NCBI GenBank assembly: GCA_021796115.1
Contig: JAJYOP010000001.1
Location: 36,778-100,777 of the forward strand
Direction of reading: 5' to 3'
Source: a bacterium
Lineage (GTDB): Bacteria; Omnitrophota; Gorgyraeia; Duberdicusellales; 4484-171
DNA: 64,000 nucleotides
In this document: piece after piece, positions 18,523 through 28,500 of the stretch
Layout: every line of letters starts with the position of its first letter
How positions within the stretch are numbered: position 1 is the first letter of the stretch
Notes under the pieces: model-generated
Databases searched by the model: none
What the model was told of the DNA's origin: nothing
What the model saw: the letters and a program-made list of their open reading frames with translations, nothing else
Translations under genes and position numbers: made by a program

Positions 18523-21027
18523 ATGAATAAGATTAACATAGCCGTTAAAAACATTATAAAAAAAAATATATTTATACTTTCCGCAACACAATTACTTCTT
18601 TCCGTTATTTTCGGCGCCGTTTGTTTGTGGAAAGGCGTAAATTTTTTAAAGAACCAGACGATAATTATTGCCAATTCCAATTTTAACCCCTGGGTTTATC
18701 CTTTTTTTCACCCTACCGAATACTCACTGCCTAATTATTTGTTTCTATGTTTATTACTTGCTTTGGTAGGAATTTTGATATATATTTTGAATCCCACCAA
18801 AATAATAAAAAGATTTTCTGAAACGGTATCCCCTTATTATCTGCTTATTTCGTTGGTTGCTTCCGTCTCTTTTTTCTTTATATTTTTTATTCAAAGCTGT
18901 TTTGTGCATTCAGACCCCGGCCGCCTGCTTGGCTTATTTTTCCCCGCTTTGATTGCGATAGTGCCTTTCGTGCCGAATATTTTTTCCTTTTCGAATAAAT
19001 ATTTGTATAAATCGGCCGTAATCGTTTTATTTTTAATAATCGTATGGGAAGTGTTAAGAATTTTTATGGGCCCGGTATATATTATGAATGAATACCCAAG
19101 GCTATATGGTAAAACATTAATAGAAGGCAGATACGTAGATAACAAGGATTTCTTAGAAAAAGTCAAGCCGATAGATAAAGAGTTAATCAAACTTGCCGTT
19201 TTTTATCGCGACAAAAATAAATACAAAGGTATCGGCGGGTATTACAAGATAAAAAAATATAAAAATTTAAGGTTAGAGCAAAATTTTATCAATCTGCTTA
19301 ATGACGATGGATTCAATATCCTGATTGATAATTTTATCAAAGGAAACACTCATTTTGTCGACAAAGGAAACATTTTAGAATTAGATGAAATAGCTTTGCA
19401 AAATGACAATAATTTGGCAAGTATCATGCGAAGCCGCTTAAGGCAGATAGACGTAGAAAATATAAGGCTCTTTTATGTTTATAACATGCTTGAATATTAC
19501 CATCAGGACATGGGGCGGGGGCAGATTAACCATATCGGTTACGTATTGAATCCTTTGAACGAATATAGCTCCGGCAAGCCGCTGAAAGAGCTTTATATGC
19601 AATACGGCTTAGGCAATACCTTGCTCATGAAGTGGACGATGGGGCTTTTCGGAGGCATGTCCATTCAAAATTACTATAAATGTTATATATATTACATTAT
19701 ATATTTCATTCTTGCTTTCTTTACCCTGCAGTTTCTTTTTAGAAATATTTTTTTCAGCCTCGCTTCTTTTGCCGCTTTTACCTATTCGTTGTTCGGCGTA
19801 GGATTCCTCGGTTTTATTTTGGCCCCCGGCATAATACCCACCATACATTTTTTTGACATAATAGTCTTAACGTTTTTAATCCTGTTCTTTAAACGCAACA
19901 ACAAAGCCTATCTGACAGCAGCTTTTCTGTCAACGGCGCTAGCCATTTTTATAAACGCTCAATTCGGGGCAATGCTTATGCTGGCCTGCTTTATCTCCTT
20001 TACCCTCTATATTCTTGAGAATAAGAAAGGCAACCCCAAGTTAATGTGGTTAGCCACGCTATTTATCGCATTAATATTGAATATCGCTTTGCTGTTATTT
20101 TTACTGGAGAGGACCTCTTCTTTGGATATTTTTAAATATCTTGTCAGCGGTTTTCTTTCCTGGCCGGCTCACTTTATAATTATTTTCCTTACGATCGTAT
20201 ATTTGATTATTTCTTATGCCTTTATGTTTTTATTAAAAAGGCACAGATTTTATCTTAAGTATATTTATGCCTTTTTTTTCATCTATACGCAATTTCTGTT
20301 TGTCTATTATTATTGGTCCGGTTTGCCGAACCACCTTCCGATGGTCATACCGTTTCTTTGCACGCAGCTGTTTTTAATGCTGTTCATACTAAGAACAGAA
20401 ATATTCGGTTTCTCTGAATATTTGATAATAATGGTCGATATCGTGGCAAAAGTATTTTTGATTATCGTAGGGTTTCTCCTGCTTATATCAATAATAAGTT
20501 TTTATAGGGAAAAAAACCAGTTTGAGGAAAACTTTGCGCAACATAGACTTCATCACTGGGATTTTGAGCGTGCCAAAGTTTTATCCACAGTCGATCCCGT
20601 TCCAATAGAAGACAGCATAACATTGATAAATAAGTATGTGCCGCAGGAGGAAGGCGTATATATTATTTCAAAATACGATAATTTAATCCCGTTTTTAGCC
20701 AAAAAGCCAAGCCTGATGCCTTTTTCCGAAATGGCCGTCTTCCTGATTTCCAAAAAAGAAAGCGATACGACAATACAAAAAATAGAGCGGATCAAGCCAA
20801 GATACATTTTTGTTGATAACGATATCAGCGAAAATATTAATGATCCCTGGGGAAAATTATTTAGCAACAACTTTATTAATACCGAAAGAGCAGCAAGGTA
20901 CGGCAGGTATATGGAGTTAAAGAAGCTCTTTGACCGGATCATCCCTCACTATAAGAAAATTTTTCAGGGTAAACTGCTTTCTGTCTATGAGAGGATACCC
21001 GGTGGACAGCCAAAGGATAAAATATAG
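18523..21027 (+). CDS. family-2 paralog (divergent, 834 aa): polytopic membrane protein with an extra N-terminal/soluble insertion and the conserved C-terminal domain; putative GT-C partner of the upstream GtrB-like enzyme
   Basis: Shares GQINHIGYVLNPLNEY..GG.SIQNYYK, the PNH motif (WSGLPNH) and the C-terminal VYIISKYDNLIPFLAKKPSLMP..YIFVDND with ORFs 6468 and 9542. Confidence 0.5.
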   Translation: MNKINIAVKNIIKKNIFILSATQLLLSVIFGAVCLWKGVNFLKNQTIIIANSNFNPWVYPFFHPTEYSLPNYLFLCLLLALVGILIYILNPTKIIKRFSETVSPYYLLISLVASVSFFFIFFIQSCFVHSDPGRLLGLFFPALIAIVPFVPNIFSFSNKYLYKSAVIVLFLIIVWEVLRIFMGPVYIMNEYPRLYGKTLIEGRYVDNKDFLEKVKPIDKELIKLAVFYRDKNKYKGIGGYYKIKKYKNLRLEQNFINLLNDDGFNILIDNFIKGNTHFVDKGNILELDEIALQNDNNLASIMRSRLRQIDVENIRLFYVYNMLEYYHQDMGRGQINHIGYVLNPLNEYSSGKPLKELYMQYGLGNTLLMKWTMGLFGGMSIQNYYKCYIYYIIYFILAFFTLQFLFRNIFFSLASFAAFTYSLFGVGFLGFILAPGIIPTIHFFDIIVLTFLILFFKRNNKAYLTAAFLSTALAIFINAQFGAMLMLACFISFTLYILENKKGNPKLMWLATLFIALILNIALLLFLLERTSSLDIFKYLVSGFLSWPAHFIIIFLTIVYLIISYAFMFLLKRHRFYLKYIYAFFFIYTQFLFVYYYWSGLPNHLPMVIPFLCTQLFLMLFILRTEIFGFSEYLIIMVDIVAKVFLIIVGFLLLISIISFYREKNQFEENFAQHRLHHWDFERAKVLSTVDPVPIEDSITLINKYVPQEEGVYIISKYDNLIPFLAKKPSLMPFSEMAVFLISKKESDTTIQKIERIKPRYIFVDNDISENINDPWGKLFSNNFINTERAARYGRYMELKKLFDRIIPHYKKIFQGKLLSVYERIPGGQPKDKI

Positions 21028-21088
21028 TCTTATCGCACGCAATTTATCAATCCCCCCGCAGTATGCCGGTAATTTTCAATAATCCACT

Positions 21089-22405
21089 ATGAGAAACATG
21101 ACAAAAAAGGTATTTATAGATTCAATCACATATGTTATTTCTACATTCTTCGTTTCTCTGATATGGCTTGTTCTCACGGGGCTTATGGCGCACCATTTCA
21201 CCGCCTATCAATTTGGTTTGTGGTCCCTGGTTATTACCATCAATAGCCTTTGCCTTAGCTTGGATTTAGGTTTTGCTAACGCGCTTCGTAATAAAATTGC
21301 TAGTCTCTTTGCAAATGATAGAAATAACGATAAAGAAGAACTGGCTTATTTCTTTTCTACTTTTTATGTTTTTTTATCTATAGTGGTAGTACTTTCTCTT
21401 CTCACTTTATTTTCCAAGAATTTTATACCATGGAATATATTATTTAATACCAGTGACCAGGCGATTATTTTGGAAGGCTCAAAGTTATTTATTATCGCTA
21501 TCATCTTTTCTCTTTTTAATGTTGTTTTCTCATTGAATATGGCGGGTTTTTTTGGCTATCAAGAATCATTCTGGAATTCTTTGTTTGCATTTCTTTCCAA
21601 GCTATCGATTCTGGTATTGACGGTATGTTTTATATCTATACGCATTTCTTTCTTCTGGACCACCGTCCTTTTGTTTGCCGGGATTTTATTTTCTTCAATA
21701 TTTGCATTTAATTTTTTCTTACATAAAAGAAAATGGAAAATTTTGTATATCGAATACAAGGAATTAATTTATAAGCTTAAGGAATTATGGAGTAAAAGTA
21801 TATATTTTGCTTTTTTACAGCTTTTTGCAGTCATATACCTTTGGCTGGATATGTTTATAGTTACTAAGAATTTTGGGTTAGAGGTAGTTGGCGATTATTC
21901 CCTGGTTAAAAGAGGATATCTGGTTTTTAGCACTTTATACCTGGCATTTCTTGCTCCTATCTGGTCGGCGTATACGGTAGCGATAGAAAAAAATGATATT
22001 GCTTGGGCAAAAAAGGTTTTAAATAAATCATGCCTTATCGTTTTTTTTATATTTATACCCCTCATATTTTTTATTTGCATATTCGGAGCAAAGATAATTT
22101 ATTTCTGGACGGGAAAACATATAAATAATTTAAGCTTGTACCTGCTTTTGGGCATATGGAGTTTAGTATATAGCTGGAATAATTGTTTTTCTATCTTTTT
22201 GAATGCAACCGGAAACCTGAAACTTCAAATATTCTTGATTGGCTTGGCAATTGTTTTGTTTATACCGCTTTCGAATTATTTCGGGAAATATTACGGGGTA
22301 GCCGGAATATGTACAGCATTGATCCTGGTTTCTTTGCCGATAGCTGTTTCTAATCCCATTCAAAGCTACTTGTTTTTAAATAAGAAATCACTGCTTAAAT
22401 CGTGA
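21089..22405 (+). CDS. Wzx-like oligosaccharide flippase (MOP/polysaccharide biosynthesis protein family)
   Basis: 438 aa with about 12 TM helices, in a polysaccharide locus. There is no soluble domain. Confidence 0.55.
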   Translation: MRNMTKKVFIDSITYVISTFFVSLIWLVLTGLMAHHFTAYQFGLWSLVITINSLCLSLDLGFANALRNKIASLFANDRNNDKEELAYFFSTFYVFLSIVVVLSLLTLFSKNFIPWNILFNTSDQAIILEGSKLFIIAIIFSLFNVVFSLNMAGFFGYQESFWNSLFAFLSKLSILVLTVCFISIRISFFWTTVLLFAGILFSSIFAFNFFLHKRKWKILYIEYKELIYKLKELWSKSIYFAFLQLFAVIYLWLDMFIVTKNFGLEVVGDYSLVKRGYLVFSTLYLAFLAPIWSAYTVAIEKNDIAWAKKVLNKSCLIVFFIFIPLIFFICIFGAKIIYFWTGKHINNLSLYLLLGIWSLVYSWNNCFSIFLNATGNLKLQIFLIGLAIVLFIPLSNYFGKYYGVAGICTALILVSLPIAVSNPIQSYLFLNKKSLLKS

Positions 22406-22540
22406 GCACCTGTTTTATTTCGCAACGTTCTCAAAATTTGTGTTATTATACAGAACGGTGAGCTAACCGGTAAACAGCATTATCGGTATAGTGCGTTATC
22501 GATAAAATAACCGCAAAAACGAGAGGATAAATAAAAGACA

Positions 22541-23242
22541 ATGGCTGTCTTCGACAAATTTGCGGAAAAATACGATGAAGGGCATGTAAATGCCGTTAAA
22601 GCTTCGGGGTTTAAACCGGACTATTTCCATGAGTACAAACTGAAGGAGATTTTTGCTTACTTAAAATTAATAGGCTGGGCAGAAAAAAAATTAACTATCC
22701 TCAATTTCGGCTGCGGCACAGGCAACAGCGAAAAATACATAAAACAATACCTTCCCAATTCTTCCATTTGTTCCACTGATGTCTCGGAAGAATGTATACG
22801 TGTAGCAATTAAAGCAAACCAGGTACTTTCCGATGTTACCTTTCGGTATTACGATGGGAAAAATATACCTTTTGAAAATAACTTCGATATTATATTCATT
22901 TTTAATGTTTTCCACCATATTTTGCGTAAAAATCAGACAGAGATATTACAAATGCTTTCAGGAAAATTAAAAAATAATGGTCTACTATTTATGTTTGAAT
23001 TAAATCCGATAAACCCATTAACTTTATGGGTAGCAATAAATAATGACTATAAATTTGATAAAAATGCAAAACTTCTCTCACCTATCTATGCTTATAAAAT
23101 ATTAAAAAATACAGGATTCAAAATTTATAAAATAAAATATACAATATTTTTCCCAAATTTTTTATCGCTATTTTTACCATTGGAAAAATATTTGTCTTGG
23201 CTCCCCTTGGGTGCTCATTATTATTATATTGTTGGGAAATGA
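22541..23242 (+). CDS. class I SAM-dependent methyltransferase
   Basis: Motif I LNFGCGTGN, 233 aa. Confidence 0.65.
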   Translation: MAVFDKFAEKYDEGHVNAVKASGFKPDYFHEYKLKEIFAYLKLIGWAEKKLTILNFGCGTGNSEKYIKQYLPNSSICSTDVSEECIRVAIKANQVLSDVTFRYYDGKNIPFENNFDIIFIFNVFHHILRKNQTEILQMLSGKLKNNGLLFMFELNPINPLTLWVAINNDYKFDKNAKLLSPIYAYKILKNTGFKIYKIKYTIFFPNFLSLFLPLEKYLSWLPLGAHYYYIVGK

Positions 23243-23331
23243 GTAGAAGAATTTTGTATGCTATATAAAGCAATAGTTTTTTTAAGCACATAAACTAAGA
23301 TATATTCAAATTCAATTTATAACAATACAAA

Positions 23332-24879
23332 ATGAATAATACCGGCTTTGCCAATAATGGCTATTCAAAATCTGCGATATATTGGCAATTTATATTGATA
23401 GTGCTACTTATAAGTGTCAGCTTATATAATCTTTTTTCACCACCCATTACACCTGTTATTACCCGCCAGACCCAGACTGCGATGTTAACTGAAAACTTTG
23501 CCAAGGAAGGGTTTAGTTTAAAAGGCCTCTATTTAAACCTGCGCGGCAATGGGAGAGTCGTGGTGGCTAATGAATTTCCCATTTATAATTTTATAACCGG
23601 TTTATTCTTTTTGTTTTTTAAAAATACTGTTTTTTGGGGGAAATTAATCAGCCTTACGGCAGCATGTATAAGCTTATTATGCCTGTTTAGGCTTATAAGA
23701 AAGTTATTTGGAGAAAAAATTGCTATTTACAGTACGTTTTTTTTCATTCTTTCTCCCATAGGCATTTTAATGAACGCCTCTGTCCAGCCGGATTCGCTTG
23801 GGCTGATGTTTTTGCTAATTGCACTGGTAATTCTATTGGATTGGAAAGAAAAGCAGAGAACGAGCACTTTATTGTTATTCAGTATTACGTTACTTTTGTC
23901 AGGATTATCTAAATTTCCATTAATCGTTCCCTATCTTCCCGTTATAGCTGCAGCATTTTTGTATCATAAAGGCAAGTTGAGATTACCGAGATTAAAAGAA
24001 ATAATTATTATCTTGGCGTTTTTCGTTTTGCCTTTTATCGCATGGTATCTATATCGCGGTCACCTGACAGATCCGGCCTATAGCAGAGGAGAATTTGCAT
24101 ATTTCTTTATAGGCGACCTCAGAAGATTTTTGTCACCAGATTATTACATAAAACCTTTTTTCTCAATAGCCGCACTTGTATGGTGCGGTATGGGCTTGTT
24201 ATTTTTTATTTCAGGATTAAAAAAGCTAAGCCTTTTGGAAGCGTTGTTGCTTATAGGAATACCATTCTATTTTGTAATTGTTCCAACGGTTCGCGACCAA
24301 TATTATTATATGTACCCTACGATACCTATTTTTGCTCTTTTAATGGGTCGTGGATTTCACAATCTGACTGAATATTGTAAAAGACGTAATTCATTGCCGC
24401 TTATATATATGTGCACTTTTATTTTTTTCTTAGGTTTTATTATTGCAGTCACTTATGTTATGCGGCAAGATAAGATATCTTGGGAAGCCGCTAAAGCAAT
24501 AAAAAGATTCAGTCTTCCTACGGATCTTGTCGCTACAATAACAATACATGATCGCGGCCAAGGCATCGGACTTTTTAATCCCAGCATTTTGTATTTATCA
24601 AACCGAAAAGGCTGGAGCATACCGGTCACATCCACAAAATTGAAGGATACAGCAAATCAATTAGAAATGATACATAAAAACGGCGCTTCCTTGCTTGTAA
24701 TAACATGGTATACCCCAGATCTTGAATTATGGACTTCGAAATTTTTACCCCTAAATTTACACCGCAACCCCGGTGTAGATGGCAAAGCTTTTTTTGAGGG
24801 ACTCCAAAAAAAATATCTCGTTATCTATAAGTCCAACAATTACGCGCTACTTGATTTAAACAATAATCGTAAGCGATAA
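23332..24879 (+). CDS. ArnT/PMT-family GT-C membrane glycosyltransferase (GT39/GT83-like)
   Basis: The N-terminal region (NEFPIYNFITGLFF..FGEKIAIYSTFFFILSPIGIL..QPDSLGLMFLLIAL) matches the ArnT/PMT loop-1 and TM pattern. 515 aa, polytopic. Confidence 0.65.
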   Translation: MNNTGFANNGYSKSAIYWQFILIVLLISVSLYNLFSPPITPVITRQTQTAMLTENFAKEGFSLKGLYLNLRGNGRVVVANEFPIYNFITGLFFLFFKNTVFWGKLISLTAACISLLCLFRLIRKLFGEKIAIYSTFFFILSPIGILMNASVQPDSLGLMFLLIALVILLDWKEKQRTSTLLLFSITLLLSGLSKFPLIVPYLPVIAAAFLYHKGKLRLPRLKEIIIILAFFVLPFIAWYLYRGHLTDPAYSRGEFAYFFIGDLRRFLSPDYYIKPFFSIAALVWCGMGLLFFISGLKKLSLLEALLLIGIPFYFVIVPTVRDQYYYMYPTIPIFALLMGRGFHNLTEYCKRRNSLPLIYMCTFIFFLGFIIAVTYVMRQDKISWEAAKAIKRFSLPTDLVATITIHDRGQGIGLFNPSILYLSNRKGWSIPVTSTKLKDTANQLEMIHKNGASLLVITWYTPDLELWTSKFLPLNLHRNPGVDGKAFFEGLQKKYLVIYKSNNYALLDLNNNRKR

Positions 24880-24882
24880 TCC

Positions 24883-25815
24883 ATGAAAATTTCTATAGTT
24901 ATTTTAACCAAAAATGGAGAGAAGACGATAGACAAATGCCTTGGCGCTATATTTAAACAAAAATATAATGAAGAATTTGAAATAATTGTGATTGACTCCG
25001 GCTCAACGGACAGCACTTTAAGTATAATTCAAAAATACCCCGTCATACTTAAAACTATTCCTCCGCAGGAATTCCACCACGCCAGGACAAGAAATTTGGG
25101 CAGAAGTCTCGCCAAAGGAGAAATAGTTGTTTATTTAAGCCAGGATGCGGAACCTTTATCAGATGATTGGCTATATGAGCTTACCAAGTCTTTATGCGAC
25201 GATAGTAAAATTTGCGCTGTCTATGGAAAACAAATTCCGAGAAAAGACTCAAGCCCTTTGAATGATTTTCGTATGCGATGGCTTTATGGAGATGAGTTAA
25301 ACGTAAAAGAAATAAGCGAAAAGTCTAATTTTAAAAGGCAGCAGTTGAGTTTTTCCAATGCCAACTCGGCAACACGAAAAGAAGTTTTGGAAAGATTTCC
25401 TTTTCGCAAAGATATATCTTTTGCTGAAGATATAGATTTTTCAAGCAGGGCATTGCTGGCCGGATATAAAATAGCCTATGCTCCCAAGGCCGCGGTCTAT
25501 CACGCTCATGACTACACGATAATAGAGATATTCAGGCGGTATTTTGATGTGCAGATTGCTTATAACAGAATCGGCATTTCTCGCGATATGCGCGGTTTGT
25601 TCGGCGAAGGCGTGCGGTATGTTCTTAAAGAGCTGCAATTTTTATGGCAAAATAAGCATTTCATTTTGATTCCATATTCTTTAATATACAATTCGGCCAA
25701 ATACACGGGCTTAAGGCTTGGCACTTTAGAGAAAATAATACCGATGCCTTTAAAAAGAAGAATAAGCAGGTATTGGTATAGGGATTATTCAACGGCCAGG
25801 CCAAAGAAGATTTAA
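24883..25815 (+). CDS. GT2 family glycosyltransferase
   Basis: MKISIVILTKNGEKTIDKCL..IIVIDSGSTDST, 310 aa, soluble. Confidence 0.75.
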   Translation: MKISIVILTKNGEKTIDKCLGAIFKQKYNEEFEIIVIDSGSTDSTLSIIQKYPVILKTIPPQEFHHARTRNLGRSLAKGEIVVYLSQDAEPLSDDWLYELTKSLCDDSKICAVYGKQIPRKDSSPLNDFRMRWLYGDELNVKEISEKSNFKRQQLSFSNANSATRKEVLERFPFRKDISFAEDIDFSSRALLAGYKIAYAPKAAVYHAHDYTIIEIFRRYFDVQIAYNRIGISRDMRGLFGEGVRYVLKELQFLWQNKHFILIPYSLIYNSAKYTGLRLGTLEKIIPMPLKRRISRYWYRDYSTARPKKI

Positions 25816-25846
25816 ACAAATATTCTTAAAATAATGAAGTAATATT

Positions 25847-26974
25847 ATGCAGGAAAATGACATTTTAATTATCGGAGCCGGAGTCGTGGGCTTAGCAATA
25901 GCCGCGCGTATCATGAAAGACAATCGATCGGTTTATATTGTTGAACGGCACGACGCTTTCGGCAGAGAAACAAGCTCAAGGAACAGCGAAGTCATGCATG
26001 CGGGAATTTATTACAAAACAGGTTCCCTGAAAGCAAAACTTTGTATAGAGGGGAATAAAAAGCTATATGAAATTTGCGCCAAGAACAGAATTCCCCACAA
26101 GCGTATAGAAAAATTGATTATTGCCACAAATGTAGAGGAAGAAGCGGATTTGGAAGAACTTTTTGAATGTGGAAAAAATAACGGAGCAGATGACTTAAGA
26201 ATTATTTCCGGTCAGGAAGCAAAAAAAATGGAGCCGAATATAAAAGCGCGTTCGGCGCTTTACTCGCCATCCACTGGGATAATTGACAGCCATAGTTTTA
26301 TGAAATACCTTGAACAAAGTTTTAAAAGTAAAGGCGGGGAAGTTGCCTACAATTGCGATGTCGTGGGTTTAAGAAAAATTAATGCCGGTTACGAAGTTAG
26401 AGTTAGAGACAGTTCCGGAGAGGCTTTTACTTTTAATTCGCACCTTGTCGTTAATTCGGCTGGCCTGGAAGCAGATGCGATAGCAAAACTTGTCGGCATT
26501 GACATACAAAAGCATAATTATTCTCTAAAGTATTGCAAGGGCCAGTATTTTAGGGTAAATAACAGCCGTAAAAGCGCTTTAATCGGCAAATTGATTTATC
26601 CTGTGCCGCACGAAAAGATAACAAGTTTAGGGGTTCACGCAACAAAGGATTTAACGGGAGGATTGCGTTTGGGCCCGGACGCTAATTACATCAGTAGGGA
26701 AAACATAAACTATGACGTTGACCTCTCTCAGCGAAAAGTTTTTCTGGAATCCGCCTCGCGTTTTCTGCCTTTTTTAAAAGAAGAGGACCTGGTTCCCGAT
26801 ACAGCCGGCATCAGGCCGAAATTGCAAGGCTCCGGCGATAATTTTCGCGATTTTGTAATCAAAGAAGAGAGCGGCATCGGTTTTCCCGGTCTCGTTAATC
26901 TTATCGGTATAGAGTCTCCGGGGTTAACCTCCGCGCCGGCAATAGCAAGGTATGTCGAGAGCATTCTTAGATAA
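25847..26974 (+). CDS. FAD-dependent oxidoreductase (DAO/LhgO-like)
   Basis: ILIIGAGVVGLAIAARI dinucleotide-binding motif with downstream HAGIYY, 375 aa. Confidence 0.7.
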   Translation: MQENDILIIGAGVVGLAIAARIMKDNRSVYIVERHDAFGRETSSRNSEVMHAGIYYKTGSLKAKLCIEGNKKLYEICAKNRIPHKRIEKLIIATNVEEEADLEELFECGKNNGADDLRIISGQEAKKMEPNIKARSALYSPSTGIIDSHSFMKYLEQSFKSKGGEVAYNCDVVGLRKINAGYEVRVRDSSGEAFTFNSHLVVNSAGLEADAIAKLVGIDIQKHNYSLKYCKGQYFRVNNSRKSALIGKLIYPVPHEKITSLGVHATKDLTGGLRLGPDANYISRENINYDVDLSQRKVFLESASRFLPFLKEEDLVPDTAGIRPKLQGSGDNFRDFVIKEESGIGFPGLVNLIGIESPGLTSAPAIARYVESILR

Positions 26975-27003
26975 AGTACGTGGAAAATTTATAAAAGAAA
27001 AAA

Positions 27004-28494
27004 GTGAGCCATAACGTCAAAGAAACAATTATAAAAGATACTACTAAATATTCCTTTGCCCAATACAGTGCCCAGGCGATAGGTTTTGTTATCAGCACAT
27101 CGATGCGCGCTTTTTTAGGGCCATATTATATGGGCATATGGAGTATTTTGCAGGTTATATTAAGTTATTTGAATTATTTACCCCTTGGCGTGACCGATGC
27201 GGCGACGTATAAGATCCCGTTTTACAGAGGCGATAGCGATAAATTATCCGAAGAAGAAATTAAAAATACGGCCTTCAGTTTTATATTTTTGGTTTATTTA
27301 TTATCGAGTATAGGGCTCATAATTGCGGCGCTTTTATTGCGTAAAAGATATCCGCCGGAAGTCATTGTGGGGTTGCTCGCCTTAGCGGTATACATAATTT
27401 TACAGAGGCTCTATGCCTTTTATCTAGTTGTTCTTAGGGCATATAAAAATATAACCGTGCTCGCAAAGTCAATTATTTTTGACGCCGTAGTAAATTTGCT
27501 GCTGGTATTTTTACTTGTAAGGCAGTTTAAGATCTATGGCTTATATGTCGCTATATCTATTTTGGCGGCGTTAAATACGTTATTCGTGCACATATCGACA
27601 AAATACAATATAAATTTTAACTTCAATTTTAAACGCTTGAAAGAATTAGTGATGTTCGGCCTGCCGCTTTCTTTGAACGGCTTTTTAGGCGAGATCTTGA
27701 AAAGCTTAGATCGTATAATGATCGCTAGCATGATGAACCTGACTTTTGTCGGTTATTACAGCGTAGCCGTTATGGGAAGGAATTATATTTCCGGACTTTC
27801 CACCGGATTAGGCGTAGTTGCTATACCGCATCTTCAGGAGGTTTATAGTAAAAATAAGGATATCGGCGATATAAAAAAATTCGTTATTGCACCAACCCTG
27901 GTTTTATCCTATTTATTGCCGCCGATACTCGGCATCATTTATTTAATAAGCCCATTGTTTGTGAAAATCATATTGCCGCAATATACTCAAGGAGTTGTGG
28001 CGCTACAGATCATGCTTTTAAGCACTTTTTTCCTTTCCTGTTCGCCCCAATCCGGGCAATTTTTAATAACCATCGGCAAGCAGGCAAGGCTTATCCCCAT
28101 AAGTTTAGCCGCTATCATTATCAACGCTGGGCTGAATTATATTTTTATTAAAAATGGGTTTGGCATAAACGGAGTATCAATTGCGACAAGTGTTTCTTCT
28201 TTTTTTATCTTTATGATAACATTAATATATGTGATGAAGCATTTTGCCGGTATCAAGGGAATATCCACGTTTATTTTTAAAATTATGTGGCCGCTGCTTT
28301 ATATCATAGTTGTTGTAATTGGGTGCGATTATTTTATAAGTGGTATGAGCCTTTATTTGGAAACAGGCATTAAAATGGCTATTAGTTGTATTGCGTCCCT
28401 CCCTTTATTTTATATTATCAATAAAGAAACCGGCATTTTTAACGTATTTATTAAAACTATGAAGGCAAAGTTAAAAAAGAAGAGTTCACTATAA
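27004..28494 (+). CDS. Wzx-like flippase / polysaccharide biosynthesis (MOP superfamily) membrane protein, second copy
   Basis: 496 aa with 12-14 TM helices and no soluble domain. Confidence 0.55.
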   Translation: MSHNVKETIIKDTTKYSFAQYSAQAIGFVISTSMRAFLGPYYMGIWSILQVILSYLNYLPLGVTDAATYKIPFYRGDSDKLSEEEIKNTAFSFIFLVYLLSSIGLIIAALLLRKRYPPEVIVGLLALAVYIILQRLYAFYLVVLRAYKNITVLAKSIIFDAVVNLLLVFLLVRQFKIYGLYVAISILAALNTLFVHISTKYNINFNFNFKRLKELVMFGLPLSLNGFLGEILKSLDRIMIASMMNLTFVGYYSVAVMGRNYISGLSTGLGVVAIPHLQEVYSKNKDIGDIKKFVIAPTLVLSYLLPPILGIIYLISPLFVKIILPQYTQGVVALQIMLLSTFFLSCSPQSGQFLITIGKQARLIPISLAAIIINAGLNYIFIKNGFGINGVSIATSVSSFFIFMITLIYVMKHFAGIKGISTFIFKIMWPLLYIIVVVIGCDYFISGMSLYLETGIKMAISCIASLPLFYIINKETGIFNVFIKTMKAKLKKKSSL

Positions 28495-28500
28495 AAAACG

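Noticed and set aside
22405-22541. Perfect 10-bp palindrome TTATCGATAA in the Wzx-methyltransferase spacer
   Set aside because: A short AT-rich palindrome with weak flanking symmetry, and a single occurrence. Insufficient evidence for a regulatory site.
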